Of a stretch of DNA of 32,000 bases, positions 19,754 to 28,824 are shown one piece after another. Position numbers and translations under genes: made by a program. The notes under the pieces are model-generated. The model was not told where the DNA came from. It ran no database searches and saw only the letters and a list, made by a program, of their open reading frames with translations. The first letter of the stretch is position 1. Each line of letters begins with the position of its first letter. The stretch covers positions 1,410,001 through 1,442,000 of the forward strand of contig NZ_CP042905.2 in NCBI RefSeq assembly GCF_008000775.2, in the 5' to 3' direction. This stretch comes from Promethearchaeum syntrophicum. Its GTDB lineage: Archaea > Asgardarchaeota > Lokiarchaeia > Sigyniarchaeales > Promethearchaeaceae.

Positions 19754-20273
19754 TAAGCATTTACTCAAAATTTTTAAGTGAAATTCTTGAAGCATTATCA
19801 AATTAAGAGAATAATGATGCAATTTATAATTATATTTACTACGCATACTACTCATTTTAACCCTTTCTTGAATATGAATGTCACATATAAAAAATTTAAA
19901 GCATTTATTGCCTCCGAGAAAATATTGGACGGACATTATAAGCCAAGTTTAACCGGTCGGTCGGTTTAATCCGCCTGCAAATTATTGGCTAACAGCGATT
20001 TGTTTTTTTATAGTCCCACATTTCCGATCGATTGGTCGAACTTTAAGCCCTTATCTGTCCTAATTCATTAATATGTGTTTAGTCTTATCTGCATTGATTT
20101 TAAATCTTTAATTCATGCAACATTATTTTCAAAGTTGAATCTATACGAATCAATTGAGATCTTAAAATTGTATCCTTTACTTCAAGTTTGATTCCTTAAA
20201 CTGAAGAGAAATTGATTTTGAATCAATAATAATAAAAAAACTTATGAAAAAGAGATAGTTATGTATTATAATA

Positions 20274-21605
20274 ATGAAAAAAATTAAAATAGCTGTAATT
20301 ATTGGAACGCGTCCTGAGCTGATTAAATTAAGTGTTATAGTTCGTTTATTACAAAATGATAAAGATTTTCATTTGATTTATATACATAGTGGTCAACATT
20401 ACGATGATCAGATGTTTAAGGTTTTTTTAAATGATTTAGAATTACCAGCACCAGATTATAATGTGAATGTTGGTTCTTATCCAAATTCCGTTCAAACGGG
20501 AAAAATGTTAATTGAACTGTATGAAATTATTAAGAAAGAAAATCCAGATATTATCTTAGCTCAAGGAGATACTAATACGGTTTTATGTGCTGCTCTAACT
20601 GCTTTTAAAAATAATCTCCCTTTTGGTCATGTCGAAGCGGGGATTAGATCTTTTGATAGGAGAATGCCTGAAGAAATAAATCGAATTCTTACCGGGAGCT
20701 GTGCTTCACTAAATTTTGCGCCTACAAAATTAGCGGTTGAGAATCTTTTAAATGACGGAATTCTTCCAAATCGAATTTTCTTAGTTGGAAACCCAATTGT
20801 TGATGTTGTGAATGAAAATATTCACATTGCGAAAAAAAAGTCGAATATTGATGTACTGCTCAATTTGAAGAAACAAGAAAAATTCATTCTATTAACAATG
20901 CATAGACCGTCTAATGTCGATAATGTGGAAAATCTTCGAAAAATGATTATTTCATTCTTAAATATTAAGGAAGTAAAATTTATCTTTCCCGCTCATCCGA
21001 GAACATTGAAAAAATTAAAAGAATGTGAATTATATGATGAAATTAGTAAATCGCCTAATTTAAGCATAATTGAACCTCTTAACTATTTTGATATGTTAAA
21101 ATTATTGAACCTTTCATCATTTATTCTTACTGATTCTGGAGGTTTACAAGAAGAAGCAGTGATATTAAAAAAACCATGTATTACTTTACGCGATAACACA
21201 GAACGTCCTGAATCTATTGAAGTAAACGCTAATATTTTAGTTGGAAATGATATAGAAAAAATAAAAACGTCTATTTTAAAACTCTGGAATGATAAAGATT
21301 TTTATAATTCAATGATTCCAGAATCAAACCCTTTTGGTGATGGAAACAGTTCAAAAAAAATAATTCAAATTATAAAAAAGGCATATAATAATCAAGAATT
21401 GTCATTACCTTATATAAAATTCGATAAAATAATTCCATATTGTAAACTGATCGATATTAACGATATTGAAATTAGCGTTGGAGATTTTGAGAAAAGATAC
21501 CATTGTATAGTTTTGGAAATATTTGATAAAACCGGTAATCTGTTGTTTCCCACAAACTCAATGAAATTAGAAAAAAAAATGAGGTTAAAGGTTAGATATT
21601 TTTAG
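20274..21605 (+). CDS. wecB: UDP-N-acetylglucosamine 2-epimerase (non-hydrolysing) with an extra C-terminal segment
   Basis: 443 aa: 'VIIGTRPELIKLSVIV', 'IHSGQHYDDQMFKVFLNDL', 'VQGDTN'-equivalent 'AQGDTNTVL', 'GHVEAGIRSFDRRMPEEINRI', 'TMHRPSNVDN', 'LTDSGGLQEEA', 'RDNTERPESI'. About 70 aa follow the normal C-terminus. Confidence 0.9.
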   Translation: MKKIKIAVIIGTRPELIKLSVIVRLLQNDKDFHLIYIHSGQHYDDQMFKVFLNDLELPAPDYNVNVGSYPNSVQTGKMLIELYEIIKKENPDIILAQGDTNTVLCAALTAFKNNLPFGHVEAGIRSFDRRMPEEINRILTGSCASLNFAPTKLAVENLLNDGILPNRIFLVGNPIVDVVNENIHIAKKKSNIDVLLNLKKQEKFILLTMHRPSNVDNVENLRKMIISFLNIKEVKFIFPAHPRTLKKLKECELYDEISKSPNLSIIEPLNYFDMLKLLNLSSFILTDSGGLQEEAVILKKPCITLRDNTERPESIEVNANILVGNDIEKIKTSILKLWNDKDFYNSMIPESNPFGDGNSSKKIIQIIKKAYNNQELSLPYIKFDKIIPYCKLIDINDIEISVGDFEKRYHCIVLEIFDKTGNLLFPTNSMKLEKKMRLKVRYF

Positions 21606-21615
21606 TTATTTCTTT

Positions 21616-22650
21616 TTATTTACCTCTGACAGCGGATGAAGTTCCAGGAGGAAAATCTGCAGAAGCTTCAATTTGATTCCAATGTTCGTCGAACCATTTG
21701 ACAGCTAAATTTAGACATTCTTTAAAATTTGGATCTGCTTTAAATCCAATTAGGGATTTTGCTTTTTCATTTGATGCAAGCATTCGTGATTTTGCATCCC
21801 AGTTTCTCCTGGGTAAATATTTTATCCCTGCTTTATTATTAGTGACATTATTTACTAACTGGGCGAGATCTATTATTTTTACTTCTCGTCCTGCAGCTAG
21901 ATTCATTTCTTGTCCAATTGCTTCTTTATAATAACCCATTCTTATTAAACCATCAACAATGTCGCCAACGAATGTAAAATCTCTTGTTTCTTCACCGGTT
22001 CCTGTGATCGGTAATGGCAATCCAGATTTTGCCCAAAAAATAAAGTTGGGAATTACATTTCGATATTGACCAGGAACTTCTCCTGGTCCAAAAGAATTGA
22101 AAAACCTTGCTTTTACTGTAGGTACTTTTTTAATTTTAAAGAAATAATTGCAATAAAGTTCCCCTAACATTTTTGTGATCTGATAAGGTGTTGTCATATA
22201 CATATTTGTTAATTCTTCTTTGTAGGGCATTTCAGCATTAGTAGGATAAATTGAACATCCTGAAGAGGCATATACAAATCTTTGGAGTTTTCCATATATT
22301 GCAGAATATTCTAGTAATTTTAAAGTGCCAAACCCATTAGTATTTAAATCTTTTTCGGGGTAATCAACTGAATTTTGATTTGCAAAAAAAGCAGCTAAAT
22401 GGAATAAAAGATCTGGTTTTTCATTAAAAATTCTCTTCAAAACAATATCGTCAGCAATATCGCCTTTGATAAAAAGTAAATTGGTTGCATTTTGTGGTAG
22501 ATTCCACTCATAACTTGATGAAAGATCATCAACTACTATTACAAATGCATCTAATTCTATTAATTTCTTGGTTAAATTAGACCCAATTGCTCCTGCTCCA
22601 CCAGTAATTACGACAATCTTATCTTTATAATATTTTAAATAATCATCCAT
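21616..22650 (-). CDS. NAD-dependent epimerase/dehydratase (extended SDR, UDP-glucose 4-epimerase/nucleotide-sugar epimerase-like)
   Basis: 344 aa: 'VVITGGAGAIGSNLTKKLI', 'LLFHLAAFFANQNSV', 'YASSGCSIYP', 'YQITKMLGE', 'RFFNSFGPGE', 'GTGEETRDFTFVGDIVDGLI'. Confidence 0.88.
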   Translation of the reverse strand: MDDYLKYYKDKIVVITGGAGAIGSNLTKKLIELDAFVIVVDDLSSSYEWNLPQNATNLLFIKGDIADDIVLKRIFNEKPDLLFHLAAFFANQNSVDYPEKDLNTNGFGTLKLLEYSAIYGKLQRFVYASSGCSIYPTNAEMPYKEELTNMYMTTPYQITKMLGELYCNYFFKIKKVPTVKARFFNSFGPGEVPGQYRNVIPNFIFWAKSGLPLPITGTGEETRDFTFVGDIVDGLIRMGYYKEAIGQEMNLAAGREVKIIDLAQLVNNVTNNKAGIKYLPRRNWDAKSRMLASNEKAKSLIGFKADPNFKECLNLAVKWFDEHWNQIEASADFPPGTSSAVRGK

Positions 22651-22663
22651 TTTTTATTCTATC

Positions 22664-23602
22664 CTATTTTTTTATATGATTTATAAATTCAGGGTATTTC
22701 TTCTTCATCCATTCGATATAAAGAGGAATACCTTTTTCTACTGGAATGTCAATTCGATGGTCTAAATCTTTGTATGCTTTTGAACAATCAATGGGTTTTA
22801 CCATAGTCGTAAAAGGTTCAGTTCCTTTATATGTAATATGTGAATCTGCTATATCTAAGTTTTTTACTATCAGATCTGAAATATATTTAATATCTACTTC
22901 TTTCTTTGCGGCAATATTATAAACTTCTCCCGGTTTAAAGTTTTCTACAGCATTTGCAACAGTTCGAACAGTATCTGATACATAATCAAATATTCTTTTA
23001 TGACCATTATATACTGTTGCTGGAAGATTAAACATCCCATGGTAGACTAATATTGGAATAACACCTCTGTACGGGCTATATTCTTCATGTGGTCCATAAC
23101 AATTAACAGGTCTTATGCGAACAATTTCATTTCCCCACATTTCCGCAGCATTTAAGCATTGAAGTTCATTTGCCCATTTTGAAATAGCATAATCATTCAT
23201 CTGTTTTATTGGAATTTTATCCATTACATCTTCAGACATTAATTCTCGATAATCCCCATAAACCTCAGCACTACTAAAGGTTGTAAGTTTGAATTTGTGT
23301 TTTTTTTGGAACACGAGAATATTTTTTAATCCAACACAATTTGTTCTCCATAGCATATCATAATAAGCTTCTCCATTCCACCTTCCGTATTCTGCGGCAA
23401 GATTAAAGACAAAATCAAAATTATGTTCTTCGAAGATTCGTTCTAGATGTCGGTATTCACCTATATCACATTTGTAATGAGTTCTTTTGGTTTCAGGACT
23501 GTGATTTAAATCTGCAGTTATTACTTCATATCCTCGTGAACGAAGTTCTTTGGTTAAATTCGTTCCAATAAAACCAGTTCCTCCAGTAATTAAAATTTTC
23601 AA
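22664..23602 (-). CDS. NAD-dependent epimerase/dehydratase (extended SDR)
   Basis: 312 aa: 'MKILITGGTGFIGTNLTKELR', 'FVFNLAAEYGRWNGEAYYDMLWRTNCVGLKNIL', 'FSSAEVYGDYRELM', 'YAISKWANE', 'RPVNCYGPHEEYSPYRGVIP'. Confidence 0.88.
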   Translation of the reverse strand: MKILITGGTGFIGTNLTKELRSRGYEVITADLNHSPETKRTHYKCDIGEYRHLERIFEEHNFDFVFNLAAEYGRWNGEAYYDMLWRTNCVGLKNILVFQKKHKFKLTTFSSAEVYGDYRELMSEDVMDKIPIKQMNDYAISKWANELQCLNAAEMWGNEIVRIRPVNCYGPHEEYSPYRGVIPILVYHGMFNLPATVYNGHKRIFDYVSDTVRTVANAVENFKPGEVYNIAAKKEVDIKYISDLIVKNLDIADSHITYKGTEPFTTMVKPIDCSKAYKDLDHRIDIPVEKGIPLYIEWMKKKYPEFINHIKK

Positions 23603-23978
23603 TTCATTTCACCAATTTTTAAATTTTTTGCAATCAGATTTGAGTAATCGAATTTGATTTTGAATTTAAAAAATTTGTAGATATTAATTTAAATATAGGA
23701 ATATGATTTATATTTTTTCATATGAAGATAAATTAATCTGGCATTCATTGCAGTCATCTAAATTAAATATTACTGGATTTTAATAAATTAATTCATTCGA
23801 CTATTGGAAATCTCAATATTTGATGTTAGAGATGTTTTTGTTTGATCTTCTTTCATAGTGATGTTTATGAAATATTGACAAAAATAAATATGAGAGATAT
23901 CAAGATCTGGAAAGCAAAATAAAAATGATTAATTGTCAAAAAGTTAAAGAATTATTATAAACAACGTTAGTTAGTGAA

Positions 23979-25208
23979 ATGAAAATCTTAATATTACAAG
24001 AAACTAATTGGATGTTAAGAGGGCCACATCAACAACATCATTTAATGGAGCGTTTATCTGCCAAAGGTCATGAAATTCGAGTTATTGATTTTGATTTTTT
24101 ATGGCAAGAAAAAAAAGAAGATCATAAATTATTTTATAGAAATAAAAAATATCTTTCTACTCCAAGGATATCAATGAATTCAAAAATCCAAATTATACAG
24201 CCAGGTATGTTAAAATTACCAATATTCTGTTATCTCTCAATACCTATCACTCATTTTTTAAGTATATATAAGGAAATTATTCGCGATAAACCAGATATTA
24301 TAATTGGATTTAGTATTATTAATAGCTTCATAGGCTTAATTCTAGCAAAAATATATAAAATTCCTTTCTGTTACTATTTAATTGATCATCTTCATAAGCT
24401 TTTACCGATTAAGCTCTTTCAATCATTAGCAAAAGCTCTTGAATCGTATAACATAAGAAATTGCAATAACTTATTTGCTATTAATCAAGGTTTATTAGAT
24501 TATGCATATGGACTAGGAGGAGATCCGAAGAAATTTTTATTAATTCCTGGTGGTGTTGATTTAGAAAAATATAAAATTTTGCAAGATTCAACAGAAACCC
24601 GTTTAAAATTAAATATATCTGAAGAGGATACTGTGCTTATGTTTATGGGTTGGATTTACAATTTTTCCGGAATGAAAGAAATCACAGACTATGTTGTTGA
24701 TGAACAAAAGACTATTAAAAAAATTAAACTATTAATTGTTGGAAAGGGGGATTTATTCAATTATATTCAAGAAAAGAAAAAATTACTAAATAATAAAGGA
24801 GATATATTATTAACTGGGCAAGTTCCTTTTAGTGATATACCTAAATATTTACACGCAGCTGATTATTGTATATTACCTGCATATAAAAATAAGATTATGG
24901 AAAATATTGTTCCAATTAAACTATATGAATATCTTGCAGCGGGAAAACCTGTAATTGCAACTAAATTAAAAGGAATTTTTAAAGAATTTGGTTATAATAA
25001 CGGAATCATCTATATTGACAACCCACTCGAGGTTTTTGATGTGGTTCAAAAAATTCAATATAAGAAACATGAAATTTCTCGCTCTGGTTTAGAATTTGTT
25101 AAAAATTATGATTGGAATATAATAATTCCAAAATTTGAAAATGAATTATATAAGATTATTGGAAATCCAATTAACATAAAGAAATCTTTTAAAAGGGAAA
25201 ACCAATAA
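23979..25208 (+). CDS. Glycosyltransferase family 4
   Basis: 409 aa: 'LILQETNWMLRGPHQQHHLMERLSAKGHEIRVIDFDF', 'LIPGGVDLEKYK', 'LMFMGWIYNFSGMKEI', 'YLHAADYCILPAYKNKIMENIVPIKLYEYLAAGKPVIATKLKG'. Confidence 0.88.
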   Translation: MKILILQETNWMLRGPHQQHHLMERLSAKGHEIRVIDFDFLWQEKKEDHKLFYRNKKYLSTPRISMNSKIQIIQPGMLKLPIFCYLSIPITHFLSIYKEIIRDKPDIIIGFSIINSFIGLILAKIYKIPFCYYLIDHLHKLLPIKLFQSLAKALESYNIRNCNNLFAINQGLLDYAYGLGGDPKKFLLIPGGVDLEKYKILQDSTETRLKLNISEEDTVLMFMGWIYNFSGMKEITDYVVDEQKTIKKIKLLIVGKGDLFNYIQEKKKLLNNKGDILLTGQVPFSDIPKYLHAADYCILPAYKNKIMENIVPIKLYEYLAAGKPVIATKLKGIFKEFGYNNGIIYIDNPLEVFDVVQKIQYKKHEISRSGLEFVKNYDWNIIIPKFENELYKIIGNPINIKKSFKRENQ

Positions 25209-25227
25209 TATAAAAAAGCAACCCAAT

Positions 25228-26397
25228 TTGATGAAGATTATGAGAATTGCTCGAGTAATTGAAATGTTTTATCCCTATATGGCGGGACCTATAAATCAAG
25301 CATTTTGGATATCAAAACAACTTGAAGAAAGGAATATTGAATCTCCCGTTTATACAACTTTTTTAAATGTTGATAATGTGCCTAGAAAAGAAATTATTGA
25401 CAATGTCTCAGTTTCTCGCCATGAGATTAAAGGTAAATTTATGAAATATGTTTATACTCCCGATTTAAAAAATGTTTTGAAGAATTATGATTTCGATCTA
25501 ATTCATGCACACAATTATCGAAATTATCAATCCCAAATCTCCTTTAAAATTGCAAAACAAAAAGGAAAACCCTTTATTATAAATACTCATGGCAGTTTGT
25601 TAAGTTACAGAACATATTTAAAGGGGTTATATACTCTTCCATACATTGGATATGATTTACTCACTAGAAAAAGAATTATAAAAAAAGCTGATAAAGTAGT
25701 TGTTTCATCAAAAATCGAATTTTCCGAGGCAAAAAAGTTTGGTGTTAAAGAAAAGAATATTGTTATTAATCCAATGGGGATTAATGTTTCAAATTATAGA
25801 AAACAAGATAGATTTTATGAAATAAATAAAAAAAATCCATTAAAATTATTATTTGTTGGTAGAATTTCTCGTCATAGAAAAATTGAATTAATAATAAATG
25901 CAATAAAAAATATCGAAAATGTCCATTTAAAAATTGTGGGTGGAGAAGAAAAAAATACTGATTTTTTTAAATCTGGATATCTTAATGAATTGAAAGATTA
26001 TACTACTTCAAATAAATTAAATAAAAAAGTCGAATTTGTCGGTCCCAAATATGGAAAAGATTTAATTAATGAATATACTTCGTCCGATGTCTTTGTTTAT
26101 CCATCCTTAGTGGAAAATTTTGGACAGACAATTTTAGAAGCAAGTGCTGCAGGATTGCCTTCAATTGTCACCCCTGTAGGAGTTGCAAATGAAATAATAG
26201 AAAATAATATCTCAGGATACATTGTTGACTTTGATAATGTAAAAATTATTGCAGAAAGAATTGAGGACTTGAAATCTAGAGAACTAAGGGAAAAGTTTTC
26301 AAAAAAAGTTAAAGAAAACACTGAAAAAAATTATAGTTGGGAAAATATTATCACTAAATACATCAATATCTATAAAGATGTTCTTAAAATCACTTAA
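25228..26397 (+). CDS. Glycosyltransferase family 4
   Basis: 389 aa: 'YPYMAGPINQAFWISKQLEERNIESPVYTT', 'LIHAHNYRNYQSQISFKIAKQKGKPFIINTHGSL', 'NPMGINVSNYR', 'LLFVGRISRHRKIELIINA', 'FVYPSLVENFGQTILEASAAGLPSIVTPVGVANEII'. Confidence 0.92.
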   Translation: MMKIMRIARVIEMFYPYMAGPINQAFWISKQLEERNIESPVYTTFLNVDNVPRKEIIDNVSVSRHEIKGKFMKYVYTPDLKNVLKNYDFDLIHAHNYRNYQSQISFKIAKQKGKPFIINTHGSLLSYRTYLKGLYTLPYIGYDLLTRKRIIKKADKVVVSSKIEFSEAKKFGVKEKNIVINPMGINVSNYRKQDRFYEINKKNPLKLLFVGRISRHRKIELIINAIKNIENVHLKIVGGEEKNTDFFKSGYLNELKDYTTSNKLNKKVEFVGPKYGKDLINEYTSSDVFVYPSLVENFGQTILEASAAGLPSIVTPVGVANEIIENNISGYIVDFDNVKIIAERIEDLKSRELREKFSKKVKENTEKNYSWENIITKYINIYKDVLKIT

Positions 26398-26509
26398 GAT
26401 TTAGATTTTTGAAAACCCTAAAATAAATGAATATATCGTATATTTTAATTTTGAACTTAAGAAAATTGAAATGAATCCTTTGATATCTCTTTTTTTTTTG
26501 CTTATTTTT

Positions 26510-28717
26510 TTAAAATTCTGGAATTATCCAAAAAAGTGTCTTCTTGTTGTTGGATACTCCAATTCTATTCAAATAATTCAAATTGTTATATTCATGGAAT
26601 TCATTATGTGTAAGTATTCCATAATCTTTTCCATCTAAGAGTAAAATACCTCTTGTTATATCAATATCCCCAATTAGAATATATATATTATCAGATTTAT
26701 TTAAATCATAAAGTTGCTGTAAATAATTAATTTCAGTTCCATTCTCAAAGACGTTTGTATGATTTTCAGAATGAAGATAGTAACCTAATTCATAAGAAAA
26801 GCTTGCATTGTTTGGATTAGAATTCATTTCGAAGAAATAATTAAATGGATATGACCAATGAAAATTACCAATAATTAAAACTGTGGTCGAATAGGAATCA
26901 GAAAAATTTTCCCTATTAGAATAAAAAACTGTTTGTTCAATGAAACTACCTTCAGAATTAGTTATAAAATCTGAGAAATTTGCTTGGTAACATACACTAG
27001 AAAGGGTATGAGTAAGTAAAATAACTAGTAGAATCTTGCGATTTCTTGGATTATTTAGCCAATATTTAAAATTATACAAAATATAAAATCCTAAACCTAG
27101 GAAAAAGATAGGAATATAAAGTTGAATCATTCTAACAATAAAAGTATGAACAACTTGAAGAATTATTAAAATAACGAGAATCACAAGGATTCCAGTAAAA
27201 TATAGAAAATTTAATTTTCCAATTAAACTATATTTTCTATAGATTTGAATCCCAATAATACTTGCTGATATTATTATGAGAAAAAAACCAACTTCAATAG
27301 CCATTATAGCCACATTTGCAGGAAAAAACCCTTTTAATTTGATATTAAGATAAATATAAACAATGGGACCTATAATGATAAGAAGCGGAACAATAAATTT
27401 TCGATAATATTTCTTTTCAATAATAATTGCTTTATTAGTAGAATCAAATAATATTGAAGATGGCTCATCAATTGAATAAGTCCATTTATGAGTTCCCTTT
27501 TCAAAAATATAAAATAAAAATCCAACTAGAGGAATTATAATAAATATAACCCACCAGTAATTGATGAATTTTGAAGTTGTTAGCGTTATCGTCCAATAAA
27601 AATCATTTATAAGATTTATGATGAACAATACTGAGAAAAAAATCAAATCTTTTAGAAATTTGCGAGATTGAATTGTAATTATAATTAAAGAAAACAATAA
27701 AGGGATTAAATAAACCAAAGCATTAATGCTATGAACTATAATTATAGATAGAATTAATATTGATTGAATAAGGTAATATAATCTGTTCTTTTTCAATGAA
27801 AATTTATCATTAAACTTTGTTAGTTTAAATCTTTCATAAAAAAAACTATACATCTGTAATCCAAAAAAAGTAGTTAAAGCAGTTGGCCAGTACTGAGAGA
27901 AGTTTAAAATTGTTCCAAATATCGTTATCGTAAAGAGAAATGTGATTAAAATTGATAAATTCTGATTTCTGATGATTTTTTTTATGAAACAATAAAAAAG
28001 AAAACAGCCAAAAGGCAATTGAAAAATTCCTATAAATCTGGCTAAATTTAATGTATCTAATCCTGAGAATAAAGAAAAAACACTCCCAATAAAGTGATAA
28101 GATAATTCTCCAAAATATATTTTATTATCAGAAATTAACCCATTATCTAAAAAATCGTTAGTTAAGCGCATGTGGAACCAAACATCATCATAACCAACAT
28201 AAGGATTACGGAGGCTTATGAAAAGAGATAATATTAAAAGGAAAAGTAAAAGGTAGAAAGTATTGGAATTTAAAATGAATTTAATGTGAGAAACTAAAGT
28301 GGGTCGATGGTGTTTAATTATTTCATTTTGATCATCATTATTGGGGACTTTATTATGGAAATTCTTACGAAAATAATAAAAACTTAAAGAAATTGCCACA
28401 AAAGAATAATTTATAACAGCAATCGGTAATTTATTTAATGGAATCCACGTTTTTATAAAGATTAAGCTCACAAATACCCAAAAACTCAAGCTAAGAACAA
28501 TTGCAAATAAAAACCGTTCAATATTTATTTCCTCGAAATAATTGATTAGAATCACTAACCCTGGTAAAACAAACAAGAAAATAAATGTCATAAATATATT
28601 TAAGAGATTTAACATTTGGATATCAAGATAAATAATTAATGACCCAAAAATACTTAAAAATATGAATATCAAAGCCCTACGTTTAAAAATTTTATTTTTT
28701 AAGCCTTGAAATTGCAT
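26510..28717 (-). CDS. Large polytopic membrane protein, putative GT-C-like
   Basis: 735 aa; many TM segments; ectoloop motif 'NPYVGYDDVWFHMRLTNDFLDNGLI' typical of GT-C-type proteins; C-terminal soluble region. Confidence 0.6.
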   Translation of the reverse strand: MQFQGLKNKIFKRRALIFIFLSIFGSLIIYLDIQMLNLLNIFMTFIFLFVLPGLVILINYFEEINIERFLFAIVLSLSFWVFVSLIFIKTWIPLNKLPIAVINYSFVAISLSFYYFRKNFHNKVPNNDDQNEIIKHHRPTLVSHIKFILNSNTFYLLLFLLILSLFISLRNPYVGYDDVWFHMRLTNDFLDNGLISDNKIYFGELSYHFIGSVFSLFSGLDTLNLARFIGIFQLPFGCFLFYCFIKKIIRNQNLSILITFLFTITIFGTILNFSQYWPTALTTFFGLQMYSFFYERFKLTKFNDKFSLKKNRLYYLIQSILILSIIIVHSINALVYLIPLLFSLIIITIQSRKFLKDLIFFSVLFIINLINDFYWTITLTTSKFINYWWVIFIIIPLVGFLFYIFEKGTHKWTYSIDEPSSILFDSTNKAIIIEKKYYRKFIVPLLIIIGPIVYIYLNIKLKGFFPANVAIMAIEVGFFLIIISASIIGIQIYRKYSLIGKLNFLYFTGILVILVILIILQVVHTFIVRMIQLYIPIFFLGLGFYILYNFKYWLNNPRNRKILLVILLTHTLSSVCYQANFSDFITNSEGSFIEQTVFYSNRENFSDSYSTTVLIIGNFHWSYPFNYFFEMNSNPNNASFSYELGYYLHSENHTNVFENGTEINYLQQLYDLNKSDNIYILIGDIDITRGILLLDGKDYGILTHNEFHEYNNLNYLNRIGVSNNKKTLFWIIPEF

Positions 28718-28824
28718 ATTTTTCTCTCAATTTTTCGTAAATAATTAATTAACATTCTTTTATCTATTATATTCATGTCATATTTTTCTTTTGAGTTTTT
28801 TCAAATGATTCGCATTAAATTTAT

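Noticed and set aside
19736-19969. Overlapping opposite-strand ORFs (66 aa and 63 aa)
   Set aside because: Neither shows a recognisable motif; treated as possible remnants in the GC-rich island finding, not as genes.
21698-21931. 77-aa plus-strand ORF
   Set aside because: Antisense shadow of the strongly supported SDR gene.
26097-26321. 74-aa minus-strand ORF
   Set aside because: Antisense shadow of the GT4 gene C-terminal region.
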